DNA of 64,000 nucleotides from Macrostomum hystrix (Eukaryota; Animalia; Platyhelminthes): NCBI GenBank assembly GCA_950097015.1, contig CATNEN010000001.1, positions 20,274,001 to 20,338,000 of the forward strand, read 5' to 3'. Shown piece by piece: positions 47,141 to 61,500 of this stretch (position 1 is its first letter; each line of letters starts with the position of its first letter). The notes under the pieces were generated by a model. It saw only the letters and a program-made list of their open reading frames with translations, ran no database searches and was not told where the DNA came from. The position numbers and the translations under genes were made by a program.

Positions 47141-48598
47141 TCAAATTCTTGAGTCATCAGTCCCATTGACCGAAGGCAGCACTACTCGCTGGCAGTGCTT
47201 GAGCACAAGCGGCACCCAGGAGCTGCCCTCGCCGTTGGAGCTGCCGCCGCCTCCGCCGCCACCAACGCCGCCGCCACCAGCGCCGCCGACACCGCCGGAC
47301 TTTCCGCCAGCCGACGAGTCGTCCGCCTTCAGCACAACATCGTGAATGATGCAGTGGTAGCCGTACGGGCAGGAACACCTGAAGGTCACGGCCACGGGTC
47401 CCCCAGCGACAGCTTGGCGCTTCTCGGCGCAGACGCCGACATTGTCTTCGTCGACTGTCGAGGAAAAGTAGGATGCCGACGGCAGCTGGATTTTGCCGAC
47501 CCCTCTCGGAGACGCAGCTGCCGGCGCAGCTCCGAAGGTCTTTGTAGTCGCTGAGGCTGCCAAAGGCGGAGGCTCGGGCACTGAGCACTGGCTCATCGGA
47601 CAGGTGAACTCGTAAAGCCAGCGGTTGTTCTGCAGGCTCCAGGACCGCAGCTGGTAGACTGGCGCCTGACCGAGGTTGGAGACACGGCGAGATTTATGCT
47701 GTCACAATAAGAAATCACAGAGAAATCCCAAATCTGCATGTCCCAGATGAACAGCCGGTGGCACAGCCGCAGCCGTTGCGTCCGTTGGCGCAATTAACTG
47801 CTCAAGGATAATGAGTTCGCCTCTCGCACCAAGTTCCTTGAGTTCGATTCCACGGCGAGGCCACATTCATTTGGGGCGCAGCCGCCGATAGAAGGCTTGG
47901 GTACTGGTCGTGCAATTTTACGTCCTTGAGCGTCAACCTCCAAGGCACAGTGAGAGTGTACACTGCCTGACGATGAGAAAGTCAGGGCAGATGTACACAC
48001 CTGTGTGCTCAGGAGTCAGCAAAATGGGCAGAATTGCCTCCTCACTGGCTGCGGGTCTAGTGTCACCAAATGATGAGCCATTATGCGCAGACATCCTGCA
48101 ATCATTATTTATATTAGGACACTGAGATTCGAACCCTCGACCCATTTGAAATCCCAAAATCCCAGTCCCATCAGCCTTGATCCGCCCGACCTTGGCAGCA
48201 CCGCGCCCTTCGGGACAGACGCAGAAGTGGCGTCGCAGCCGCGGTTTCCAAGAATCGTGCGGGCTTTCGAACATAGCGGCAACCTCGGCTCCGGCGCAGC
48301 GCCTGTCCGGCTGCTGACTGATGCCGCAGGTGAGGAACTGCACCAGGAGGTCCGGGTGCTCGAAATGCTGCCACACGAAGCTGTTGCCAGCCGTCAGTGG
48401 GATGTGCTCCCCGCTGCAGTGCTGGCACCCGCCGCAGTACTGACCCTGGTCCACCACCTTGTCGTGAAAGTGGAGCACCGCGTTGCAGACCAGTCCGGGC
48501 TGAACCTCCTCGTCGGAGAAGCAGGGCGGCGGCACCAGGGTCTGACCGGTTGCTGTGGCAACCATGGTCAGCGTCAGGGCGATCTTCAGCGGTGACAT
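47141..48598 (-). CDS. Secreted 16-cysteine Argos/giant-lens (SLPTX11)-like protein, 2 coding exons
   Basis: Exon 1 is 48598-48191 (signal peptide MSPLKIALTLTMVATATG, donor AAG|GTCGG). Exon 2 is 47665-47141 (acceptor ggtcAG, phase 0). The 16 Cys fall in a 6+4+6 arrangement with CVCP, YEFTC and CSCPYGYHC motifs. The intron contains a SINE. Confidence 0.72.
47815..48105 (+). mobile_element. SINE family A
   Basis: GTTCGATTCC B-box and shared body; lies in the intron of the Argos-like gene. Confidence 0.8.
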
Positions 48599-48856
48599 TG
48601 TGATTCGATCCGAAACTGAGTATGTCAGAACTGGGACAGGAAGTCTAGAGGGGATAAATTTATCCTCTCTCCACTACCTTTCGCTGCCCCCACAAAAGCA
48701 TACTATTCGTCCGTGCTTTGAGAACACGATGATAGGTCGAAAACAGATTTAGAAAAAAATTTTGAATGAAACACTATTATTCTTCACTTAGCCATTTGTG
48801 CTGTCATTTCTAATTTAAGTCTTAGAAGACGTTGAAATCTGCGTTAGGCAATTGAC

Positions 48857-49595
48857 TGAGTGACAGATAAAATAGGAATAGAGTGACAGATAAAATAGGA
48901 GTAGAGTGACAGATAAAATATGAAGAGAGTGACACATAAAACAGGAGTAGAGTGACAGATAAAATCGAAAAAGAGTGACAGATAAAATAGGAAGAGAAGT
49001 GACAGATAAAATATGAAGAGAGTGACAGATAAAATAGGAAGAGAGTGACAGATCAAGTAGGCTGAGAGTGACAGATAAAATAGAGAGTTATTTTAAGAGA
49101 GTTATAGATCTAGTGGTAGAGAGTGACAGACGCAAATTTAATGAGTGACACACCATTTACAGATCGAAAGTGATAGATAAAACAGGAAGAGAGTGACAGA
49201 TAAAATAGGAAGAGAGTGACAGGTCTAGTGGAAGAGAGTGACAGACGCAAATTTAAAGTGAGTGACAAACTATCTACAGATCGATAGTGACAGACACAAT
49301 TTACTGAGAGTGACAGACACAATTTACTGAGAGTGACAGACACAATTTACTGAGAGTGACAGACACAATTTACTGAGAGTGACAGACACAATTTACTGAG
49401 AGTGACAGACACAATTTACTGAGAGTGACAGACACAATTTACAGAGAGTGACAGACACAATTTACAGAGAGTGACAGACACAATTTACTGAGAGTGACAG
49501 ACACAATTTACTGAGAGTGACAGACACAATTTACTGAGAGTGACAGACACAATTTACTGAGAGTGACAGACACAATTTACAGAGAGTGACAGACA
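48857..49595. repeat. 22-23-bp minisatellites with AGAGTGACAGA core
   Basis: Two related unit types arranged in tandem. Confidence 0.9.
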
Positions 49596-50344
49596 TATGC
49601 AGATAAACAAGCAAAAGCAAGAATTTTACAGTGGCTAACTGTGTCTCGATCACAATCTCAAAACCACAATAGTCCATGGACTCAGGCACCCAAGTCCCGT
49701 GAGCAGTTCTGGATGTTGCTGTGCAGTTGCTGTGCAGTCCCGAATTGAGTTACATGAGAACCCGGGGGCAAGTTCGCCACAGACGCGACTTCTCCCATCC
49801 GTGGGAGATTTCGGTGACAAATGATACTCACTGCGTCCATTGCCGTCTTATTTCTGGGTGAAAAGGAAAAATACCGACGGAACGGAAGAGACTGAAAGGA
49901 GGGGTCCCAGGAGGGGCCGAGCTCAAACCCCACCCCACAGCTGAGCAGTGACTGAGTGAGCACAGCAGGGCTGCTCATTCTTCTCTTAGTCGGTCTCATC
50001 CCTGGCTGCTGAGCGAGTGAGGGATTTCCATGATGAGAGCGACTGCCACCGCGTGAAACAGCCCGAGAGGGGAATAGCAGAGTGAGAGCCTGATCCCTGT
50101 TCGAGGGGATTGCGGGGAAGCCCCCAGGCCCTTCGAAGTGAGTTAAATGCGGGTTGGGCTGAAATTCACTTTTCCCCTCGCAGCAGCAGCGGCGGGTCTC
50201 ACTTTCTTGGCTGCCTGCCCATGAGGCAGCGAATTTTACTTAGCAGATTTGCATGGGAACAAATCTCAGTGCGCAGACTGACTGGCGACACTGCAATAGT
50301 GATACACTGCCACTGGCATGTTCTGAGTGCCCGTTTCATCTGAT

Positions 50345-51175
50345 CACACTCACTCACTCACTCATTCACTCACTCACTCACTCACTCACTCACTTACTCA
50401 CTCACTCACTCACTCACTCACTCACTCACTCACTCACTCACTCACTCATTCACTTACTCACTCACTTACTCACTCACTCACTCACTCACTCACTCACTTA
50501 CTCACTCACTCACTCACTCACTCACTCACTCACTCACTCACTCACTCATGCACTCACTCACTCACTAACTCACTCACTCACTTACTTACTCACTCACTCA
50601 CTCACTCACTCACTCACTCACTCACTCACTCAATTACTCACTCACTCACTCACTCACTCACTCACTCACTCACTCACTCACTCACTCACTCACTCACTCA
50701 CTCACTTACTCACTCACTCACTCACTCACTCACTCACTTACTCACTCACTCACTCACTCACTCACTCACTCACTCACTCACTCAATTACTCACTCACTCA
50801 CTCACTCACTCACTCACTCACTCACTCACATACTCACTCACTCACTCACTCACTCACTCACTCACTCACTCACTCACTCACTCACTCACTCACTCACTCA
50901 CTCACATACTCACTCACTCACTCACATACTCACTCACTCACTCACTCACTCACTCACTCACTCACTCACATACTCACTCACTCACTCACTCTCTCACTCA
51001 CTCACTCATTCACTCACTCACTCACTCACTCACATACTCACTCACTCACTCACTCACTCACTCACTCACTCACTCACTCACTCACTCACTCACTCACTCA
51101 CTCACTCAATAACTCACTCATTCACTCACTCACTCACTCATTCACTCACTCACTCACTCACTCAATCACATACTC
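50345..51175. repeat. (CACT)n microsatellite
   Basis: Seen directly. Confidence 0.97.
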
Positions 51176-51569
51176 ATTACAATATTTCAACGGGTTTTCC
51201 CATTCAGTGTACTAAAATATTTACATATCGTCGGCAAAATCAGCAGCCGAGACTGCTGGCAGAAATTCATTTCAGGCAAATCTTTAATAATTAATCTAGC
51301 AATAGCAGGGCATTGTATTAGCCTAGTCAGTCTTCTAGCCTTCTGCTTTCCTCCCCAGGCAGGGATGAAATGATTTTCTCATCAGGATTTCAGTCTGAGC
51401 CACTCACTCTCACTCGATTCTCTGCTAGAGATCTGCATCTACTAGCAGGAGGGATCTGGGAACTCTAGCGATTGTGGGAAAGATTAGAAGACAATTAGAA
51501 GTCAAGTGGAGTGCTTGAACATTGTTTAAAAATAAATGCGTGTAATTTGAATAGAGGGGTAGATGTAGA

Positions 51570-53298
51570 GTGGGAGACAGTGAGAGGGAGACAGTGAGAG
51601 GGAGACAGTGAGAGGTAGACAGATAGGTAGACAGAGAGGTAGACAGTGAGAGGTAGACAGATAGGTAGACAGAGAGGTAGACAGTGAGAGGTAGACAGAT
51701 AGGTAGCCAGAAAGAGGGAGACAGTGAGAGGGAGACAGACAGGTAGACAGAGAGAGGGAGACAGTGAGAGGTAGACAGAGAGAGGGAGACAGTGAGAGGT
51801 AGACAGACAGGTAGACAGAGAGAGGGAGACAGTGAGAGGTAGACAGACAGGTAGACAGAGAGAGGGAGACAGTGAGAGGTAGACAGACAGGTAGACAGAG
51901 AGAGGGAGACAGTGAGACTGAGAGACATTCAGAGGGAGACAGAGTGGGAGACAGACAGGTAGACAGAGAGGGAGACAGAGAGGGAGACAGAGTGGGAGAC
52001 AGAGAGGGAGACAGAGAGGGAGACAGTGGGAGGTAGACAGAAAGAGGGAGACAGTAAGACTGAGAGACATTCAGAGGGAGACAGAGTGGGAGACAGACAG
52101 GTAGACAGAGAGGGAGACAGAGAGGGAGACAGAGTGGGAGACAGAGAGGGAGACAGAGAGGGAGACAGAGAGGGAGACAGAGAGGGAGACAGAGAGGGAG
52201 ACAGAGAGGGAGACAGAGAGGGAGACAGAGAGAGAAAGACAGAGAGGGAGACAGAGAGGGAGACAGAGAGGGAGACAGAGAGAGAAAGACAGAGAGGGAG
52301 ACAGAGTGGTAGACAGACAGGTAGACAGAGAGGGAGACAGAGTGGGAGACAGAGTGGGAGACAGAGAGGGAGACAGAGAGGGAGACAGAGTGGGAGACAG
52401 AGAGGGAGACAGAGAGGGAGACAGAGTGGGAGACAGAGAGGGAGACAGAGAGGGAGACAGAGAGGGAGACAGAGTGGGAGACAGAGTGGGAGACAGAGAG
52501 GGAGACAGAGAGGGAGACAGAGTGGGAGACAGAGAGGGAGACAGAGAGGGAGACAGAGAGGGAGACAGAGAGGGAGACAGAGAGAGAAAGACAGAGAGGG
52601 AGACAGAGTGGTAGACAGACAGGTAGACAGAGAGGGAGACAGAGAGAGAAAGACAGAGAGGGAGACAGAGTGGTAGACAGACAGGTAGACAGAGAGGGAG
52701 ACAGAGTGGGAGACAGAGTGGGAGACAGAGAGGGAGACAGAGAGGGAGACAGAGAGGGAGACAGAGAGGGAGACAGAGAGGGAGACAGAGAGGGAGACAG
52801 AGAGAGAAAGACAGAGAGGGAGACAGAGTGGTAGACAGAGAGGGAGACAGAGAGGGAGACAGAGAGGGAGACAGAGTGGGAGACAGAGTGGGAGACAGAG
52901 AGGGAGACAGAGAGGGAGACAGAGAGGGAGACAGAGAGGGAGACAGAGTGGGAGACAGAGAGGGAGACAGAGAGGGAGACAGAGTGGGAGACAGAGAGGG
53001 AGACAGAGAGGGAGACAGAGTGGGAGACAGAGAGGGAGACAGAGAGGGAGACAGAGAGGGAGACAGAGAGGGAGACAGAGAGGGAGACAGAGAGGGAGAC
53101 AGAGTGGGAGACAGAGAGGGAGACAGAGAGGGAGACAGAGAGGGAGACAGAGAGGGAGACAGAGTGGGAGACAGAGAGGGAGACAGAGAGGGAGACAGAG
53201 AGGGAGACAGAGAGGGAGACAGAGAGAGGGCGACAGTGAGACTGAGAGACAGTGAGACTGAGAGACAGTGAGACTGAGAGACAGTGAGACTGAGACTG
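51570..53298. repeat. Purine-rich (GAGAGGGAGACA)n array
   Basis: 12-bp unit with variants. Confidence 0.95.
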
Positions 53299-53855
53299 TG
53301 ATGGAGAGTCTTACATAAACCTGTGCAAATTTCGTCATCAATTTCGCATCTGAGCTAGAAATGTAAAAAAGGTTTCAAAATCTTCAGCGGCAGTAGCACA
53401 TGTGAGGTTTGGTTATAATCCCCATCCGTGCGAGTTGCTAAGCAGCCTTATAAATATTTCATGAGCCGCTGGCTGTTCGCTAGTTTGGCTTATCGAATTT
53501 TCTTAAGCTACGCGTTGCTTTTGGGGAAATATTCGCAGCTGATGCTAATTTGAGATCTCGATAGATTTAATTGCTGATTTTCTATTCCTTGTAATTTGTT
53601 TTATTGAAAGCTGCCATTTTATTTGCAGAATTTTTGTTTATCTGGGGATCTGTATATCGAATGGATATAGGATTTTTGTTGATGGGACTTCGGCATAATC
53701 CTGTCTTCTCGTTTCCATATTTAAAGTGCTTCGATCCGTTTTTTAATGGGATGGGTCACCAGCAGTTGTGACACTGACAAGCTATTCCCCTGCGAATGCT
53801 TCTGGGTTACAGCTCACCTGATCTCACTAACCACTCAGCTGCTAACTCCTTGCAC

Positions 53856-54039
53856 CTCACTCTAACCTTCACTCTCCCTCAAGCATTCACTCTCACTCCC
53901 AACTCTCACTCTTACTCTCACCCTCACTCTTATTCTCACTCTCACTCTCACTCTCACTGTCACTGTCACTCTCACATTCACTGTCACTGGCACTCTCACT
54001 GTCACTGTCACTCTCACTCTCACTCACTCTCACTATCAT

Positions 54040-54072
<33 letters not shown>

Positions 54073-54121
54073 CTCTCACTCTCATTCTCACTCTCACTCT
54101 CACTCTCACCCTCACTCTTAT

Positions 54122-54157
<36 letters not shown>

Positions 54158-54211
54158 ATTCACTGTCACTGTCACTCTCACTCTCACTCTCACTCTCACC
54201 CTCACTCTTAT

Positions 54212-54247
<36 letters not shown>

Positions 54248-54261
54248 ATTCACTGTCACTG

Positions 54262-54304
<43 letters not shown>

Positions 54305-54353
54305 CTCTCACTCTCATTCTCACTCTCACTCTCACTCTCACCCTCACTCTTAT

Positions 54354-54389
<36 letters not shown>

Positions 54390-54403
54390 ATTCACTGTCA
54401 CTG

Positions 54404-54446
<43 letters not shown>

Positions 54447-54488
54447 CTCTCACTCTCATTCTCACTCTCACTCTCACTCTCACTCTCC
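53856..54488. repeat. (CACTCT)n array
   Basis: Seen directly. Confidence 0.95.
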
Positions 54489-54870
54489 TCTGGTTAAGAA
54501 TTATTCGCAGTCTTAAAAGCGATCTCAGCTGAATCCAGAGAGTCAGTGCCCGGGCAGCAGTGGTCACTGCGGTCAGGGCAAACTAAACTGGGATCTGCGA
54601 AATTCGATTCGTTTGAAAATCATTCCTATAATGAGCGGCTGATTTGACATTTGAGCCGAAAATAAACTAGAAGCAGTTTCAGTCCCTCATAATTGACCTC
54701 AACTTCCGTTTAGTTCGCTCCTATGCAGCTGTTTTGTCATCAGTTTGATGAACTCAACCGCGTGCATCAATAATTATCAGAGCTGTTTACATAATCGATA
54801 AATGCACTTTTCAATAAAGTTCCTATAGAGATTTGCGGAATTGCACAATTATGCACATCTGTGACCAGTT

Positions 54871-55068
54871 GCTGAGTCCTGAGCACACACGCTCACACAG
54901 GTGTGTACATCTGTCCTGACTTTCTCGTTGTCAGGCAGTGTACACTCTCACTGTGCCTTGGAGGTTGGCCCTCAATGGCGTAAATTGCACGACAAGCCCC
55001 CAAGCCTTCTCTCCGCGGCTGCGCCCCAAATGAATGTGGCCTCGCCGCGGAATCGAACCCAGGAACAC
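54871..55068 (-). mobile_element. SINE family A (partial)
   Basis: Shared body and B-box on the minus strand. Confidence 0.75.
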
Positions 55069-56273
55069 GATACCCCAAATTACTAGTACTCACATACTTA
55101 TATCGAATTTATAATAGAATATTGTTAGGGCACTTTAAAAGTAGCCTCAATGTATGGGCATTGTGTGTGAGTGTGTGTGTAGGAGGTGGAATGCACAATG
55201 AATAAAATGGGAGTTAAAGAATAGACAGGCAGACAGACAGACAAGTCATGGATTAGGGTAGGAATCGCATTGTGTGAAATGACAGGGAGAGATTGAGAAG
55301 GGCGTATTGGGGCATGACTTTGGCATGACTTGCGCGATTCAGCAAGTGTACTCGGCAGGTAGAATAATATGCATTACTGAGCAGTCTAGAGTACTGCCCC
55401 CCAGCTAGGACAGCCAATCCAAATGAATGAATCTATTTTTTTCCTCCAACCCAAGGGAATCTAGTCTCCGTCAGCTCTCGGGACAATATCCCACGAGTCG
55501 TGAGTACAAAAGGTAAAATTGCTTTGTTGATTTAGTGTCCCAGTTTTGTTCCTTCAACTTTTTCTTCTCTTCCAAAGAACACTCGCCTACAGACTTTCTG
55601 TGTGCGAGCGCCGTGAGACTGAATTATCATTTTTAGTGTGATTGGTCTAGCAACTTGTGGTGCCTATTAGCTCCAGGTGTGTCTACCCTACCGCCTATTT
55701 TTTCTCTCGAGCACAGCTCAACCTGTTCTACGTTTGCTAGACAAGTCTAGAATTTCAATTATTCTTTATTCATCTCTTCATTACGTCGGACAAGAGCACG
55801 AGCAGATAGTCCTGCCGTGTTAGTCTGTCTATCTTGTTGGATATTCTAAGAAGATTCATCTCTAGCAAGGCTATAACTGTCTGTTTGCTCGCTTTTCGTT
55901 GTTGTTTGGCAGAGGCAGTTGAATTAGGACTGAAATGCTTTGTTGTGTGTGAGTGTCTGTGTGTTATCAGGCGAGAGACAAACTCAAAGCTTTCATCGCC
56001 ATTTCTCTCATCTCACAATTTTATTAATTGCAATAGCAATAGGACAATATTCATTTGCTAAAAAAAGACAGATAGAGAGAGAGAGAAAGAGAAATAGTGA
56101 GCACAGACTCAAAGCCATAGCCACCAAATACAGGCTTCCGTCTAAAAACCTTAGAAAAGGCTCGGAGAGTGACTGACCAAGCCTCGCGTCAACCCGCGAC
56201 AGTTCTGCCTAACTCGAATTGCCTACGCTCGAGACTATTTGGTTGCAAAGCTAAAATACAGTTGGCCGCGAGA

Positions 56274-58405
56274 ATGTCACTGCAGGATCTGATGAAGTAC
56301 AGGGAGAGCGGCGAATTGTCCGATGTCACCATCGTGGTGGACGACGAAGAGCTGAAGCTGCACAAGTTTCCGCTCTACATCAAGTCGGACTTTTTTAAAG
56401 AGGCCGCCGCAGAGTCTGGCAAAGATCGAGTGGAACTGACGGAATTTCCTGGCGGTGTGACTTGCTTCAAGCAGATTGCTGATTTCTGCTACAACAAGCG
56501 GATTGACATCAGCTTGGAGAATGTGGCACAGCTCAGGTGAGATGTGAGATGATCCTCATACAGGTAGCTGTCTGCTTTCATTCAGGGCAGCATATCTACC
56601 TTCATTCAGGGCAGCTTATCTACCTTCATTCAGGGTAGCTTATCTACCTTCATTCAGGGTAGCTTATCTACCTTCATTCAGGGTAGCATATCTACCTTCA
56701 TTCAGGGCAGCTTATCTACCTTCATTCAGGGTAGCTTATCTACCTTCATTCAGGGTAGCTTATCTACCTTCATTCAGGTAGCTTATCTACCTTCATTCAG
56801 GGCAGCTTATCTACCTTCATTCAGGGTAGCTTATCTACCTTCATTCAGGGCAGCTTATCTACCTTCATTCAGGGTAGCATATCTACCTTCATTCAGGGTA
56901 GCTTATCTACCTTCATTCAGGGTAGCTTATCTACCTTCATTCAGGGTAGCTTATCTACCTTCATTCAGGGTAGCTTATCTACCTTCATTCAGGGTAGCTT
57001 ATCTACCTTCATTCAGGGTAGCTTATCTACCTTCATTCAGGTTAGCATATCTACCTTCATTCAGGGTAGCTTATCTACCTTCATTCAGGGTAGCTTATCT
57101 ACCTTCATTTAGGGTAGCTTATCTACCTTCATTCAGGGCAGCTTATCTACCTTCATTCAGGGCAGCTTATCTACCTTCAGTCAGGGCAGCTTATCTACCT
57201 TCATTCAGGGTAGCTTATCTACCTTCATTCAGGGTAGCTTATCTACCTTCATTCAGGTAGCTTATCTACCTTCATTCAGGGTAGCTTATCTACCTTCATT
57301 CAGGGCAGCTTATCTACCTTCATTCAGGGCAGCTTATCTACCTTCAGTCAGGGCAGCTTATCTACCTTCATTCAGGGTAGCTTATCTACCTTCAGTCAGG
57401 GCAGCTTATCTACCTTCATTCAGGGCAGCTTATCTACCTTCATTCAGGGCAGCTTATCTACCTTCAGTCAGGGCAGCTTATCTACCTTCATTCAGGGTAG
57501 CTTATCTACCTTCATTCAGGGTAGCTTATCTACCTTCATTCAGGTAGCTTATCTACCTTCATTCAGGGTAGCTTATCTACCTTCATTCAGGGCAGCTTAT
57601 CTACCTTCATTCAGGGCAGCTTATCTACCTTCAGTCAGGGCAGCTTATCTACCTTCATTCAGGGTAGCTTATCTACCTTCAGTCAGGGCAGCTTATCTAC
57701 CTTCATTCAGGGCAGCTTATCTACCTTCAGTCAGGGCAGCTTATCTACCTTCATTCAGGGTAGCTTATCTACCTTCAGTAAGGGCAGCTTATCTACCTTC
57801 ATTCAGGGCAGCTTATCTACCTTCAGTAAGGGCAGCTTATCTACCTTCATTCAGGGTAGCTTATCTACCTTCATTTAGGGTAGCTTATCTACCTTCATTC
57901 AGGGCAGCTTATCTACCTTCATTCAGGGCAGCTTATCTACCTTCAGTCAGGGCAGCTTATCTACCTTCAGTCAGGGCAGCTTATCTACCTTCAGTCACTC
58001 TGCTCAATTGGACCTTCACAGGTGCGGGGCGGAATACCTGAAAATGGTCGGAGACAACAACTTGATCGACCTGACCGAGCGCTACCTGGAAGACGTGATT
58101 CGCTCATCGCAGCTTTCCCGCTCTTTGTCGCCAATCGTCGATCTGATCAGCCGCACCGCCAGTCTTGGTCCGGCTGCCGAGGAGGCGAAAATCGCCGAGC
58201 GCTGCTTCGCTGCAGTGATGGACGTCTGGACCAAGCCGGGCCGGGTTGATGCCCTGGTGGTGGATCGCCTCCTCCGGCTGCCGCTCGACTGGTTCGAGCG
58301 TCTGGCCAAGTCGTGCGGAGCTGAAGGCGACAGGCAGCTGCGGCCCCTGGCGGAGCTGGCGACCCGATACCTGCACCGGGTCTTCCAGCGAGACGGCCAG
58401 CTGCA

Positions 58406-58439
<34 letters not shown>

Positions 58440-58563
58440 GAGGAGGAGAAGAAAAAGAAGGAAAAGAGCTCTAAGGAGGCAAAAAATAAGGCCGAAAAGG
58501 AGAAGGAAGATGACGCTGGCGAGCGGGATGAGGCACCAGCCGATGGCGGCGATGCTGAGGCAG

Positions 58564-58597
<34 letters not shown>

Positions 58598-61500
58598 GGA
58601 AGCCAACGAGGCCTCTGATGCTGAGGCTGACGAGGCTGATAAGAAGCAGAAGCAGGTAAGAAGTCTTCCACCATTAGCGCTCTTTAATCCGATTGTTCTC
58701 AACTCCCATTGTTCTAAAATACCATGATTCTCAAATCCCATTGTTCTCAAATCCCATTTTTCTCAAATCCCATAGTTTATCCAGTTTTTCTTAACTGACA
58801 TTGTTTCGTCAAATCCCATTGTTCTTAAATCTTTAATCCTTTTTAAAATCCTTTTTTCAAATCAAATCTTTAATCCTTCTTTAATCCAATTTTTTTCAAG
58901 TCGTATTGTTTTTAAATCCTATTGCTCTTAAATCCCTTTTTTCTCAAGTCAAATTGTTTTATTTATAAAGAATTTTTTCCGAAGTCCAATTGTTATCTAA
59001 TCGTTTTTATCTCAAATCCCATTTTTCTCAAATCCCATTTTTCTCAAATCCCTAGCTCTAAGGTCTCTTTTTGAAATCCCATTGTTCAAAAATCAAATAC
59101 TTCAATAAATGAAGCAATGCTGACTGCATTAATTCTCATGCAACAACAATAGCAGCAGCAGCAGCAGCAGCAAGAGCCAAAGGAGCCAACAGGCGAGGTA
59201 CTCGACCGCGTCATTGGCAGCTTACCAGAGGCCACACCTCTAGCCGATGTGATCAGCGGTGACTGGATTCGCCAGGCCCTGCTAGCCAGCGAGCAGCACA
59301 GCTGCCAGTGCCGGCCGCGCCTCCTCCAGCTGGCTGGCAACATGCTGCACCGCTTCCGCCAGGAGGAGCTCAAGCAGATGCCATCGCCTGTCCTGTGCGA
59401 CATCGTCAGCAGCACCGCGGCTGCTCTCGGTGGAGACGCCGGGGCTAGCGGCGAGGCCCAGGTGCTGTCTGGCGTCATTGACAACCACCTGCTGGATCTG
59501 GCCCGCGCGGGAGGCCTGACAGCTGAGGAGTTCGCCAAGCTGGCCTCCAGTGTTCCCGCCGACTATCGAGCCAGTCACGATGTGCTGTACGAGGCTGCCG
59601 AGACACTGCTGACGGCGGGTGAGTCCTGCCAAGGCCTTGTTGCTCAATTTTTAGAAGCCTATATAAAAATATAAAAATGAACCTTTGCATTGAAGATTGC
59701 AAAACTGCGAAATAAAATATTGAAATTTTCTTTCTTGAAACAGCTACCACAGCTTTGATAGAAAATTAAGGAGCCAATTAAAATCATCGACCTTGACGAG
59801 GGGTCGGTGGCAGAGCAGTAAAAGCGTTTTCCTCTCGGACCAAGGTCCCTGAGCTCGATTCCACGGTGACGCCACATTCATTTGGGGTGCAGCTGCGGAG
59901 TGAAGGCTTGGGGGCTTGTCGTGCAATTCACGCCCTTGAGGGCCAACCTCCAATGTACGAGTACAATAAGAGTGTACACTGCCTGACTGCTTGAGTACAC
60001 TGTGTGTGCTCAAGAGTCAGCGAAATGGGCAGAATTGCCTCCTCGCTGGCTGGAGGTCTAGTGTCACCAAATGATGTGCCATTGACCGCAAACTCCTGCA
60101 ATTACTAGGCTCGTATCATTACTAACTATTCGAGTCAGAGCTTGAAAACTACCAATAACAATCATCGTCCCTTATTCGCTAATCCTACATCAAAGCAGAA
60201 AAATCATCCCATAATCGTCATGAACATTAGCACTTCAAAGCACTTTTGTGACAATGTCCGCCCACCACCTGAAACCCGGTCCAGGCGAATCGATCCCGGA
60301 CGATCAGCAGAAGGCGGTCATCGACGCCGTGGACCTCAGCCGCTGCGAGGTGTCCACTCTGCAGAGAGCCCTGGACAAGGGCGCCTTTCCTGCCAAGGTC
60401 GTCTGCCAGGCGGCTATCGATCTAGCTCAGCGACAGCAGCAGCAGCAGCAGTCGCGACCCGTAGACGGAAAATTCGGCAGGCGGGTGAGTAAAGAAACAG
60501 GGAGCGATTGGAAAAGAATTTCGGGATGATACTAGACTAAAGTATCATGGGGAGATAAGATCTGGATCTCATGAGAGATAAGAACTGAGTTTCACGTTTA
60601 TTTTAATCTACGAGCTAAAAATTCATGAGATTTCTAAGGTTTGAGATTAGAGCAGACTCTAACTATGAGATTAGAGCAGAATCTCACTATTAGTTTAGAG
60701 CAGAATCTAACTATGAGTTTAGAGCAGAATCTCACTATAATATTAGAGCAGAATCTCACTATAATATTAGAGCAGAATCTCACTATGGGATTAGAACAGA
60801 ATCTCACTATGATATTAGAGCAGAATCTAACCATGAGATTAGATCAGGAATTTATTAAATCGTGAAGCTCAGATCAGAATAATTAGTTTCATCGTCACGC
60901 ACCTGATCTCGCTCAGTGGAAGTCCTCAGACCAGCTGCTGCTCGAGTCCTTCCAGTCTCGCACAGAGTGCAAGCGTGAGCAGCAGCTGAGCTCATCAGCA
61001 GCAGCAGCAGCAGCGGCGGCGGCGGCAGCTGTGTCCGCTCACAAGCCGCCCTGGATCAGGGTTCGATTTCAGTGTTGGCGAAACAAGTCGACCTCCAGGG
61101 CAGGCCAGACTTCACTGAAGCTGACTGATTGCTGACAGCCACCCCAACACTGCATGTCAATTAGCTGTCACGAACATTCTCAAACTCCCTATGCTCAAAA
61201 AGTTTTAGCTCATTCGTAAAGTTTCCTGCTCAAGCACAGCTTGCCTGGTTATCTTTAGGACAATTTAATCAGCCTTCCTCAGTCACTGTGATTGGGTAGC
61301 TTATCTACCTTCATTCAGGGTAGCTTATCTACCTTCATTCAGGGTAGCTTATCTACCTTCATTCAGGGTAGCTTATCTACCTTCATTCAGGGTAGCTTAT
61401 CTACCTTCATTCAGGGTAGCTTATCTACCTTCATTCAGGGTAGCTTATCTACCTTCATTCAGGGTAGCTTATCTACCTTCATTCAGGGTAGCTTATCTAC

